Positions 19,126 to 27,259 of a stretch of DNA of 40,196 nt are shown here, one piece after another; the first letter of the stretch is position 1, and each line of letters begins with the position of its first letter. The notes under the pieces were generated by a model. The model was given only the letters and a program-made list of their open reading frames with translations, was not told the origin of the DNA and searched no databases. The stretch is taken from NCBI GenBank assembly GCA_964429685.1, contig CAYSDE010000001.1:6293-46488 (forward strand), in the 5' to 3' direction. The position numbers were made by a program, and so were the translations under genes. This stretch comes from an uncultured Pseudobdellovibrionaceae bacterium. GTDB taxonomy: Bacteria > Pseudomonadota > Alphaproteobacteria > UBA2400.

Positions 19126-21381
19126 ATGTCATCGTCTTCCGACTTTAAAAAGACACTAAAGAAGCTTTCCACTGTCGCCAAGGGATCTGAGCGCTTTAAA
19201 GAAATCGAGATCAGTAAGCTCTTCTCTACACTACGGGAATCGGCGATTGGCAATGCAGATCGCAGCGCCGACCTCATCCAGACAACACTGAGTCTGTTGC
19301 CCAATACCGATGATTCTACTTCTTCCCACTTACTCGGAGAACTGGAGAAAACCAACACCGCGATGAAGGATTGGGCCGCGCAAAATAAGACATCCTTCGT
19401 CCCTACCTTTACCACACAGGGAGTGGCCGTCCTTCCTGCCCTCGTTGCCACGAATAGAAAAGTTGCCGCAGATCTCTTCCGTGCCCTATGTCATGAGGAC
19501 GACACATGGAAAAGCGATGCCGCCCCCATCAGCGCCGCCCTTGTCACAACGGGAATGGAACTCCTTTCTGAACGCATCACTGCCTCTGAGGTCTACACGG
19601 CTGCCTTCGTCGCCTATGACCTGAAGAGCTTGCTAAGGCATACTATAAAAGACGAAAGTCTTGTCTCTGCCTGTCTCAGGCAGATAGTGAACATCGTTCC
19701 TGTCCTTGCCAGGAAACATCCTGATCTCGTTTCTGAGATGGGTAAGAATCTGCAATTAACAGTCAAGTCCTATCCTAACCTCTCCGCCGTCTTTGTCAAA
19801 GAAGGAGTGGCCCTCCTTCCTGATCTCGCTGCGGCAGAAAAGGAAAAGGGCGAAGCTGCTGCGGGCACTACCGCCAAGTTCTTCTCGCACTTGCGTGAGA
19901 CAGCAAACAATAACTCTGCCCCCCTCGCATCTGACTTGATCACCGGGACACTACCACTCCTTCCTGCCGTCGCTGCCGCGAATAGCGACGCTGCCATCGA
20001 TATCATTTCAACACTGAAACAAGCATCGCATATGGGCACCACATATAAAGACATGTCCCCTGTCTTCGTCAGAGAGGGACTGCCCATCCTCTCCCCCCTC
20101 ACCACTCAGGGGGGCCACGACACTGCCGCTCACCTCGTCATCGCAATAGCAGAAAACGTGCAAGGTACTCCAGCAACCCCTCCTAATCGCCTAATAACGC
20201 GCGATAAACCCCTCAACACCGACCTTGTCACACAGGGACTGAGCATTCTTTCCGGCGTCAAAGATATCCGCCTTGCCGGTCGTATCGTCTTCGGACTGGC
20301 CAGAATAACCGCCCAGAGGATTGATGATGAGCCTCTCACCCGCACCATCGTCAAACAGGGACTGGCCATCCTTCCTGCCCTCGCCGCTAAAGATGGCGAT
20401 GTGGCCGATAAGGTAGTTTGGGCCATGGGAGAAGCCGCAAGGCACGTACAGGACGCTGTAGAATATTCCAAAAAATACAGCGATGGCCTCGTCAACGCCG
20501 CCTTCATTCCCACTTTCGTCGAAGATGGACTGGCCATCCTGCCTGAAGTCGCAGCCAAGAGAGGCAGCACTGCCGGCAAACTCGTCGTTGCAATGACGAA
20601 GGCCGCACGGGGCGATGATGCCCTGACCGCTAAGGTCTTCGCACAAGGGCTGGACATTACTTCCGGACTCGATGCCAAGAATGCTGCCGAACTCATCACC
20701 GAGTTGGCAAAAGCCGCGCAGGGAAATGACACCCTTACCGCCGCCGTCGTCACGCACGGACTGGACATTACTTCCAGACTCGATGCCAAGGATGCTGTCG
20801 AACTCGTCACCAAGTTGGCAAAAGCCGCGCAGGGAAATGACACCATCACCACCAACGTCGTCACGCACGGACTGTCCATCCTTCCCGCCCTTGCTGCCAT
20901 GGATGAGTATGAGGCTTCCAAGTTGGTCACGGTTCTGGCGAAAGCCGCGCAGGGCAATGATACCCTCGTTACCGGGATCGCCACACAGGTGCTGGCCGCC
21001 CTCCCCCCTCTTGTCGCCGCTAACAGTCCCACGCCCCCCCACCTTATCGAAGCACTGGCGGAGACCAAAGTCATTGATGTTGGAAATGGCCTGGTTTGCC
21101 AGGAATTCATGATCTCTGCTCCGGACGGAGAGGGCCAACAGACGGTCATCTGCTTTGGCAACAGTCCTGATAACACAATGCTGAAAAGAGATTATTTTAC
21201 TGGACCGTTGACCAAATTCGAGTCAGAGGTAAAATCCCGCTGGACAGAAGGATCCTCCATGGTGACACACCATCAGGGAGTTCTCGGTACCGCTTTTGCA
21301 GCGCTTGCCCACCGTGAAACCCTGCCAAGCTTTCTCGGAAATGCCGTCACCGCCAAAGCTGCTGCTCCAGCCTGCGCCTGA
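19126..21381 (+). CDS. large tandem-repeat protein, predicted alpha-solenoid (HEAT/ARM-like), function unknown
   Basis: 751-aa ORF with no signal peptide. It holds about 14 repeats of 37-55 aa anchored on G-[LV]-x-[IL]-L-P-x-L-A-A (GVAVLPALVA, GVALLPDLAA, TLPLLPAVAA, GLAILPALAA, GLAILPEVAA, GLSILPALAA, VLAALPPLVA...). A non-repeat C-terminal ~110 aa follows. Composition is more AT-rich than the neighbours. Confidence 0.8.
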   Translation: MSSSSDFKKTLKKLSTVAKGSERFKEIEISKLFSTLRESAIGNADRSADLIQTTLSLLPNTDDSTSSHLLGELEKTNTAMKDWAAQNKTSFVPTFTTQGVAVLPALVATNRKVAADLFRALCHEDDTWKSDAAPISAALVTTGMELLSERITASEVYTAAFVAYDLKSLLRHTIKDESLVSACLRQIVNIVPVLARKHPDLVSEMGKNLQLTVKSYPNLSAVFVKEGVALLPDLAAAEKEKGEAAAGTTAKFFSHLRETANNNSAPLASDLITGTLPLLPAVAAANSDAAIDIISTLKQASHMGTTYKDMSPVFVREGLPILSPLTTQGGHDTAAHLVIAIAENVQGTPATPPNRLITRDKPLNTDLVTQGLSILSGVKDIRLAGRIVFGLARITAQRIDDEPLTRTIVKQGLAILPALAAKDGDVADKVVWAMGEAARHVQDAVEYSKKYSDGLVNAAFIPTFVEDGLAILPEVAAKRGSTAGKLVVAMTKAARGDDALTAKVFAQGLDITSGLDAKNAAELITELAKAAQGNDTLTAAVVTHGLDITSRLDAKDAVELVTKLAKAAQGNDTITTNVVTHGLSILPALAAMDEYEASKLVTVLAKAAQGNDTLVTGIATQVLAALPPLVAANSPTPPHLIEALAETKVIDVGNGLVCQEFMISAPDGEGQQTVICFGNSPDNTMLKRDYFTGPLTKFESEVKSRWTEGSSMVTHHQGVLGTAFAALAHRETLPSFLGNAVTAKAAAPACA
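20530..20991 (+). repeat. intragenic in-frame tandem DNA repeats (units of 120/111/111/120 bp)
   Basis: Units begin at 20530, 20650, 20761 and 20872 (ctggcc/ctggac/ctggac/ctgtcc). By hand alignment, units 20650-20760 and 20761-20871 differ at about 10 of 111 positions. The motif ttggcaaaagccgcgcagggaaatgacacc recurs at 20704 and 20815, with a variant at about 20935. Confidence 0.85.
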
Positions 21382-21393
21382 TGTTTTCGGGGA

Positions 21394-21431
21394 GGGAAGA
21401 TTGGGTAAAAGTTGATTCACCCAATCTTTCC
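21394..21431 (+). terminator. stem-loop downstream of the repeat-protein gene (candidate terminator)
   Basis: GGGAAGATTGGGT (21394-21406) pairs with ACCCAATCTTTCC (21419-21431), giving 13 bp with one G-U and a 12-nt loop. It is followed by tcttcgcg, with no clean U-tract. Confidence 0.4.
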
Positions 21432-21469
21432 TCTTCGCGCCTATGGCAAGCTGGGCTAAGTTCGCGGGT

Positions 21470-22255
21470 ATGAACAGTCCTGTGCTTGATCTTGAACGTC
21501 TGGTCGTTGCCGCTTTTGAAGTGGCACGCGGGGCCGGGCGTGTGGTCATGAAAAAGCGGAACGAGTCGCTGCATATTCGCGGCAAACAAGATGGCTCACC
21601 GGCAACCGCTGCCGATCATGCTTCGGAAGAATACATTACCGCCGAGCTGCAGAAAATTGCCCCGCACGTTCCGGTGGTGGCTGAAGAAGCCGTGAGTGAA
21701 GGGCGTATCCCGGAATTGGGCGAAGGTCCCTTCTGGCTGGTTGACCCGCTTGACGGCACCAAGGATTTCATCGCCGGAGAAAGCGAATTTGCCATCAATA
21801 TTGCGCTGGTGATAGGAGCTGTCCCGGTTATCGGGGTTATTCACGCCCCTGCGCTGGAGGAAACCTTTGTCGGCGCTGCCGGACAAGGCGCCACCCGGGT
21901 ACGTGGTCACACGGCAGAGGATATTTCCGCCCGCGCTCCGCAGCAGAATGGTCTGGTCGTGCTGTCCAGTCGCCGCCACGGCAACGAGCCGGAACTGGCG
22001 GCCTATCTGTCGGGAATTAAAGTCATTCGCCACAAACGCGCCAGCAGCGCCCTGAAATTCGGTTTGCTGGCTTCGGGCGAGGCGGACATTTACCCGCGTT
22101 TCGGTCGGGCAATGGGATGGGATATAGCTGCCGGTCACGCGATTATCTGCGCGGCAGGTGGCCGGATTACTACGGCTGACGGACACCCGATTGTCTATCG
22201 TACCCAGCATTTTGATATTCCAAGTTTTATTGCCAGAGGCCGCCTGAACGGCTAG
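21470..22255 (+). CDS. cysQ: 3'(2'),5'-bisphosphate nucleotidase (inositol monophosphatase superfamily)
   Basis: From ORF 21443..22255. I prefer the ATG at 21470 (MNSPVLDLERLV...). Motifs: PATAADHASE, VVAEE, WLVDPLDGTKDF, and a C-terminal GWDIAAGHAI. Confidence 0.85.
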   Translation: MNSPVLDLERLVVAAFEVARGAGRVVMKKRNESLHIRGKQDGSPATAADHASEEYITAELQKIAPHVPVVAEEAVSEGRIPELGEGPFWLVDPLDGTKDFIAGESEFAINIALVIGAVPVIGVIHAPALEETFVGAAGQGATRVRGHTAEDISARAPQQNGLVVLSSRRHGNEPELAAYLSGIKVIRHKRASSALKFGLLASGEADIYPRFGRAMGWDIAAGHAIICAAGGRITTADGHPIVYRTQHFDIPSFIARGRLNG

Positions 22256-22316
22256 ACACTCCTGCGACATTTCGCTACGCTTTGCCCGCTGAACTGATTC
22301 GGAGGGGAATGCAGAT

Positions 22317-24974
22317 ATGTCTCGGTTTCGTTTTAAGGCGGCTCTGGCTGCTGCATGCGCGCTCTGGTTGCTTGGAGCTCCACTAGAGGTTTCGGCAGCC
22401 CAACAGGTTTCTACGCTTCCGCTCACTATCCAGCTCAACCTGCGGACCGCCGCCGCGCAAGGTAATCCCCAATTGCTGAATGCAGTACAGCAGGCCGTCT
22501 CAGCTAATCCCACCATCGCGCAATCCATCGTCAATCACGCCGCTGCCCTGAAACCCAGCCTCTCCGGCGAGTTGGTGGCGACTGCCAATCAAACCCTACG
22601 CAGGGCGGAAGTCACACGTAGACTGCAGGAAATTTCCAAACGTGGTGGGGCTAATCCCGTTGACTCAACAGCTTCTGTGGACGCAGCAGGTCTTTCAACC
22701 GGAGAAATGCTTGCTGGTGGCGCGCTGGCGATGGGAGCCGCCGCTGGTATTGCTGTGGCCGTCATTGGTAATGGCGATGCCACCACCAGTCCGGCAGCGG
22801 CGGAGTTCGCAGGCAATTATGCGCTAAGCGAAATCGGGGTTCGCAGTGCCTATGCGCGAGGTGCCACTGGCGCAGGCGTACTGGTCGGCGTTGTGGATAG
22901 CGGCATTGATGCCAACCATTCGGAATTTACCGGACGTATTGCAGCAGGGGGCCAGAACTTCATTACCAGTCGCACCGCCAGCAACATTCAGGATAGTTCG
23001 CTGGACGGTCACGGTACGCATGTTAGTGGAATTATTGCGGCCAACCGCAACGACGTTTCCGTACACGGCGTTGCCTACGGGGCGCAGATTCTGCCGCTGC
23101 GTATTTTCGAGACTGATTCGATGGGTATCGACTACGTAGCAAGTGGTTCTGATGTTGCCGCGGCCTGGGCTTATGGCTCAGCGCAGAGCGTTGATGTGTT
23201 TAATGGAAGTTATGGTTATTCCGGCGGCAGTGGCGTTGCGATTCAGGTTGATGTGACAGCTGCCGCTGCCGAGTTTGACGCGGTTGAATCGGCCATTAAT
23301 GCCGGAGCCATCGCGGTCTTCTCCGCCGGAAATGACGGGCTGTCCAACCCCGGCCTGCCTGCGGCCATTCCCTATATCGAAGCTGCTCATGACTCTGCCG
23401 GAATCATCTATGAGAACAATCCCGGCAAGGATTACTCGGCGCTGGCTGACCGCCTGATTGCCGTGGTTGCAACAGATACCACCGGCGAAATTGCCAGCTA
23501 CAGCAACCGCTGTGGCGTGGCCGCCGCGTGGTGTATCGCCGCGCCCGGCAGCAGCATCTATTCGACCTTTCCTGACCTGACCTACGCTACTCTAAGCGGA
23601 ACTTCGATGGCCGCTCCGCATGTCACCGGCGCCGTCGCCCTGCTGATTGATCTCTATCCCAGCCTGACTCCGGCACAGATCGTCAACCGTCTTTTTGTGA
23701 CCGCCCAGAAGACCGGGGTTTACTCCGACAGTTCGGTTTATGGTCAAGGATTCCTCAATCTGACCTCAGCCACAGCACTCGTCGCCCACGGCCTGATGAT
23801 GACCGGGAGCAGCATTGCCGACCCGGCCTACACACTGGATGCCAGCACCATTACGCTGGCGCCCGCCTTTGGCGATGGCCTGTCTGCTTCACTGGCAAGC
23901 CGCCAGATGGCCGTGGTTGACAGCTTCGATGGTGCACCCATCCGCATGAGCGCCAATACCGTGGTCAAACTGGCCGAAGCCAATAACACCATTGATGACG
24001 GCGCCCGCCGCTTTGGTCGTGGGTTCAAGGTTGAGCATTTTGACGGCCCGATGCAGGGCACTCTCAGCTGGCGCACTGTCCCCGGCAACCGCGATCATGA
24101 AGCCAAGATTGAAGGGCGACTGGTCACAGCCTTCAGCCCGACCACACAGACCACCATAGGTTATATGGATGATCCCTCGCTTGGCTTCGGCCTCAGCGGT
24201 GACGGTATGGTTGATACCAGCACCACCCGTGCCGACGGTGCTTTCCTGTCACCTTATCTGGGACTGGCTGACAACAGCATGAGTGTGGCGACAGAAACAA
24301 AACTGCATGGCCTGACTTTCCGCGCTGGCTCCTTCTTCGGCACGCAGGAAGATAACCGGAAAGCAGAAACCTACGGCGCAATGTCTGAAATGAGCTTCAC
24401 GCCGTTTGAAGGTAGCCGCGTCGGCATGCAGGCCGGTTTTGTCAGTGAAGGATCAACTTTCCTCGGTACGGAATCCGCGGGCGCCTTTGATATGGGCCGC
24501 TCCACCACCAGTTATGGCGGCCTGTCCGGCAGCCTGCAAATCGCCGGGAAAACTGATCTGGTTGGCAGCTACTTCTTCGGCATGAGTCAGATTGACCCGG
24601 TAGCGGGCTCGCTGGTAACCGGTTTCAGCGGTGTGACCTCGGACTCGTTCACCCTCGGCGTCATCCATCATGATCTTGCCTTCAAGGGCGACCGCGTCGG
24701 TCTGCTGCTGAACCAACCGCTGCGGGTGAATGGCGGCGGCGCCAGCCTGCGCCTGCCCTCCGGTGTCAACCGCGCCTATCAGGTCAGCTATGATGCCGTA
24801 AATGCCAGCCTGACCCCGAGTGGCCGCGAGCTTGATCTGGAAGCTTTCTACGCCGCCCCGCTTGACGAACAAACCAAAGTCAACGCCAGCCTGATGTACC
24901 GCCACCAGCCCGATCATGTTGCTACGGCTGATGATGAAGGGCAGATGATGGTGCGGGTGGAGCGGAAGTATTAG
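22317..24974 (+). CDS. autotransporter with subtilisin-like (S8) serine protease passenger
   Basis: 885-aa ORF with the signal peptide MSRFRFKAALAAACALWLLGAPLEVSA. Catalytic triad motifs: VGVVDSGID, DGHGTHVSGIIAA, LSGTSMAAPHVTGAVALL. The C-terminal ~280 aa has alternating beta-strand character and ends in an aromatic residue (...VRVERKY), as in autotransporter barrels. Confidence 0.9.
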   Translation: MSRFRFKAALAAACALWLLGAPLEVSAAQQVSTLPLTIQLNLRTAAAQGNPQLLNAVQQAVSANPTIAQSIVNHAAALKPSLSGELVATANQTLRRAEVTRRLQEISKRGGANPVDSTASVDAAGLSTGEMLAGGALAMGAAAGIAVAVIGNGDATTSPAAAEFAGNYALSEIGVRSAYARGATGAGVLVGVVDSGIDANHSEFTGRIAAGGQNFITSRTASNIQDSSLDGHGTHVSGIIAANRNDVSVHGVAYGAQILPLRIFETDSMGIDYVASGSDVAAAWAYGSAQSVDVFNGSYGYSGGSGVAIQVDVTAAAAEFDAVESAINAGAIAVFSAGNDGLSNPGLPAAIPYIEAAHDSAGIIYENNPGKDYSALADRLIAVVATDTTGEIASYSNRCGVAAAWCIAAPGSSIYSTFPDLTYATLSGTSMAAPHVTGAVALLIDLYPSLTPAQIVNRLFVTAQKTGVYSDSSVYGQGFLNLTSATALVAHGLMMTGSSIADPAYTLDASTITLAPAFGDGLSASLASRQMAVVDSFDGAPIRMSANTVVKLAEANNTIDDGARRFGRGFKVEHFDGPMQGTLSWRTVPGNRDHEAKIEGRLVTAFSPTTQTTIGYMDDPSLGFGLSGDGMVDTSTTRADGAFLSPYLGLADNSMSVATETKLHGLTFRAGSFFGTQEDNRKAETYGAMSEMSFTPFEGSRVGMQAGFVSEGSTFLGTESAGAFDMGRSTTSYGGLSGSLQIAGKTDLVGSYFFGMSQIDPVAGSLVTGFSGVTSDSFTLGVIHHDLAFKGDRVGLLLNQPLRVNGGGASLRLPSGVNRAYQVSYDAVNASLTPSGRELDLEAFYAAPLDEQTKVNASLMYRHQPDHVATADDEGQMMVRVERKY

Positions 24975-25042
24975 AGTCAGGGAGTTTCAAGCGAATGAGA
25001 ATCGCATCTCCTTCGTCGTAAACTCTGTTTGCTACCTTCTTT

Positions 25043-25170
25043 CACTCTCCTTCCCCCGCTTGCGGGGGAAGGTCTGGATGGGGGGAGAGTGGTGAATTGA
25101 GTCAGAAAATTCGGTGTTTTCTCAACATCCCTCCCCCACCCTAACCCTCCCCCGCAAGCGGGGGAGGGGA
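25043..25170. repeat. pair of inverted G/C-rich palindromic repeats (REP-like) between convergent genes
   Basis: Copy A core is CCTTCCCCCGC-tt-GCGGGGGAAGG (25049-25072) followed by tctggatggggggagag. Copy B core is CCCTCCCCCGC-aa-GCGGGGGAGGG (25145-25168) preceded by tccctcccccaccctaa. B is essentially the reverse complement of A, and a third copy lies at 13651-13690. Confidence 0.8.
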
Positions 25171-25196
25171 TTATCGGCTACTATGTATGGCTGCTA

Positions 25197-25991
25197 CTAC
25201 GGCCTCGGGGTCGGACGGGGTTGTTGACTACGAGATTCAACAACACCAGGATCTATAAGATACACATTGTTTATCCCATGCTCATAAACCTTGGCCGCAG
25301 GAGCCACATTCGTTTGTGCGGCCCGTGGCTGGTATCCTGCAGGCACGGTGTGCTGATACGCATAGTCGCCAGCAAGTCCGAAAGGCTTCAAAAGATTCCC
25401 GGTGTCTGACAAGTCGATCTTGCTGACTTTGCCCGAGGAATCAACGCGCAGACCTTCTACCACATAAAGCCCCTCGCCCTTGAAACTGCTGGCTTTAAAC
25501 TGACCTTGCGTGGCGGCTTCGTATTCCTGAGCATGACCGGTAGTCTGCGTGCGCCATTTCTCTTGCGCGTTCGGGTTGGGGGGTACGCTGCTGCCGACAT
25601 ACGCACGATTGAACACGTCAACATAATCTCCCTTGGTATGGACGAGAATTTCGGCCATCGTCCTGTTGCCAAAGCCAAAGTCTTTCACAAGCTCGATACC
25701 GGTAACGCATGGTTCCTTTTTGGACTGACAGGCTGCAATACGCTGCTGCAAAAGCCCAAGAGCCTGCCTCTTGTCATCAGGATGTTGAAGATACGTATCG
25801 TACTTCATCGCCTTCACGGCATTCATAATTGCCTGCGTAGAAACAGTCGGTGCAGCAGATGGCGTAGGTTTGATTGTAGATACGGCAGCGGCAGTAGTTG
25901 CCACTACAGGTGCAGCGTCAGCGGGCGCGCCAGTAGTTGCAAACAAGGTGGCAGCGGCAGCCACAACACCAGATTTTTTCATATTAACCAT
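25197..25991 (-). CDS. secreted hypothetical protein
   Basis: From ORF 25197..26021. I prefer the ATG at 25991 (MVNMKKSGVVAAAATLFATTGAPADA...), which is preceded by GGGAGA. It has a signal peptide, an Ala/Thr/Pro-rich linker and then a ~200-aa unrecognised domain. It looks more AT-rich than the backbone. Confidence 0.65.
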   Translation of the reverse strand: MVNMKKSGVVAAAATLFATTGAPADAAPVVATTAAAVSTIKPTPSAAPTVSTQAIMNAVKAMKYDTYLQHPDDKRQALGLLQQRIAACQSKKEPCVTGIELVKDFGFGNRTMAEILVHTKGDYVDVFNRAYVGSSVPPNPNAQEKWRTQTTGHAQEYEAATQGQFKASSFKGEGLYVVEGLRVDSSGKVSKIDLSDTGNLLKPFGLAGDYAYQHTVPAGYQPRAAQTNVAPAAKVYEHGINNVYLIDPGVVESRSQQPRPTPRP

Positions 25992-26071
25992 TTCAAAATC
26001 TCCCTGAAAACTTCGGGTCATTTATACCACACAGCGCTCAAGAAAATCAAAAACTTTCACCAAGTCATTGG

Positions 26072-27206
26072 TTAAACTGGAATATCCTCAACCCCCACAC
26101 TATCCTCGCCACTGATGCGGTGAGCCAGCGCGGCGGCGAGGAAGGCGTCGATTTCGCCGTCCAGTACGCCGCTGGTGTTGCTGGTTTCAACGCCGGTGCG
26201 GAGATCCTTGACCATCTGATAGGGTTGCAGCACGTAAGAGCGGATCTGGTGGCCCCAGCCGATGTCGCTCTTGTTGGCTTCAATCACCCCGGCCCGGGCT
26301 TCGCGCTTGCGCATTTCCAACTCATAAAGCTTGGCTTTGAGCATGGCGGTGGCCTTGGCGCGGTTCTGATGCTGGGAACGCTCCTGCTGACAGGCCACCA
26401 CAATGCCGGTCGGCATATGGGTCATGCGCACGGCTGAATCAGTTTTGTTGACGTGCTGGCCCCCAGCCCCGGAGGAGCGGTAGGTATCCACGCGCACATC
26501 CTTGTCTAGTACCTCAATCTCAATCGTCTCATCCAGCACCGGCGAAACGCTGACGGCGGTGAAGCTGGTATGGCGGCGAGCGTTGGAGTCAAACGGGCTG
26601 ATCCGCACCAAGCGATGCACTCCGGCCTCGGTTTTGAGCCAGCCATAGGCATTTTCGCCGCTGATCTGGATGGTTGCCGATTTAAGGCCAGCTTCTTCGC
26701 CCGGACTTTCATCCAGCCATGTCACCTTGAATTTGCGTTTCTCAGCCCAGCGCAGATACATGCGGGTGAGCATCTGGGCCCAGTCCTGCGCTTCGGTGCC
26801 ACCGGCCCCGGCATTGATTTCAAGATAGCAGTCATTGCCATCGACTTCGCCCGACAACAGGCTTTCCAGTTCGCGCTGACCGGCCTCGGCCTTGATGGCG
26901 AAGATGGCATTCTCGGCTTCGCCCACCATAGCGGCGTCTTTTTCAGCTTCAGCCATTTCGAGCAGTTCAAGCGAATCCTTCAACTGCCGCTCAATCACGC
27001 GGTAGCCGTTGACGGCTTTGTCCAGCTGGGTTCGCTCGCGCATCATTTTCTGCGCTTTGGCGCTGTCATTCCAGATGGCGGGATCTTCGGTAAGGGCATT
27101 CAACTCTTCAAGACGACGTGTGGCCTTGTCGAAGTCAAAGATGCCTCCTCAGCAGACCCAGCGACTTCTGAATGTCGCTGACTGCTGAAATAATTTCTGC
27201 GCGCAT
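26072..27206 (-). CDS. prfB: peptide chain release factor 2, made by programmed +1 frameshift (segments 27206..27138 and 27136..26072)
   Basis: The ATG at 27206 opens a 23-codon frame, [23 protein letters not shown], that stops at CTT-TGA-C. Shifting +1 gives [22 protein letters not shown]..., which joins track ORF 26072..27103. This parallels E. coli RF2 ...LRGYL/DYDAKKERLEEVNAEL. The SPF and GGQ motifs ([11 protein letters not shown]) are present. Confidence 0.95.
27134..27149 (-). promoter_or_regulatory. prfB: prfB +1 frameshift cassette (internal Shine-Dalgarno AGGAGG + CTT TGA C slippery/stop site)
   Basis: The minus strand reads AGGAGG-cat-CTT-TGA-C. AGGAGG is at 27144-27149, CTT at 27138-27140 and TGA at 27135-27137. 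Confidence 0.9.
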
Positions 27207-27259
27207 GAACCAAACTCCCTTTCAATCGGGGCGCACCATAACCAGACAACCGGCAAAAA

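Noticed and set aside
20130-21176. Two long minus-strand ORFs (348 aa and 315 aa) and a plus-strand alternative-frame ORF (20672..21112) inside the repeat-protein gene.
   Set aside because: The tandem repeats propagate open frames in several phases. The products are low-complexity (Ser/Ala/Arg/Gly-rich). The periodic helix-like pattern and the RBS support only the 19126..21381 frame.
19126-21381. Possibility that the repeat protein is a TALE-like (DNA-binding) repeat effector, based on LT..VV..G... and LLP.L resemblance.
   Set aside because: The repeat period is 37-55 aa rather than a strict 33-35. The repeats are highly degenerate. Differences between the youngest units are scattered rather than concentrated in a 2-residue RVD-like position. 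The resemblance is superficial without a profile search.
17344-21440. Calling the tRNA-Val-adjacent patch a bona fide integrative genomic island or mobile element.
   Set aside because: No integrase, excisionase or transposase ORF is present, and I found no direct repeat of the tRNA 3' end. It is reported only as a compositionally atypical accessory patch.
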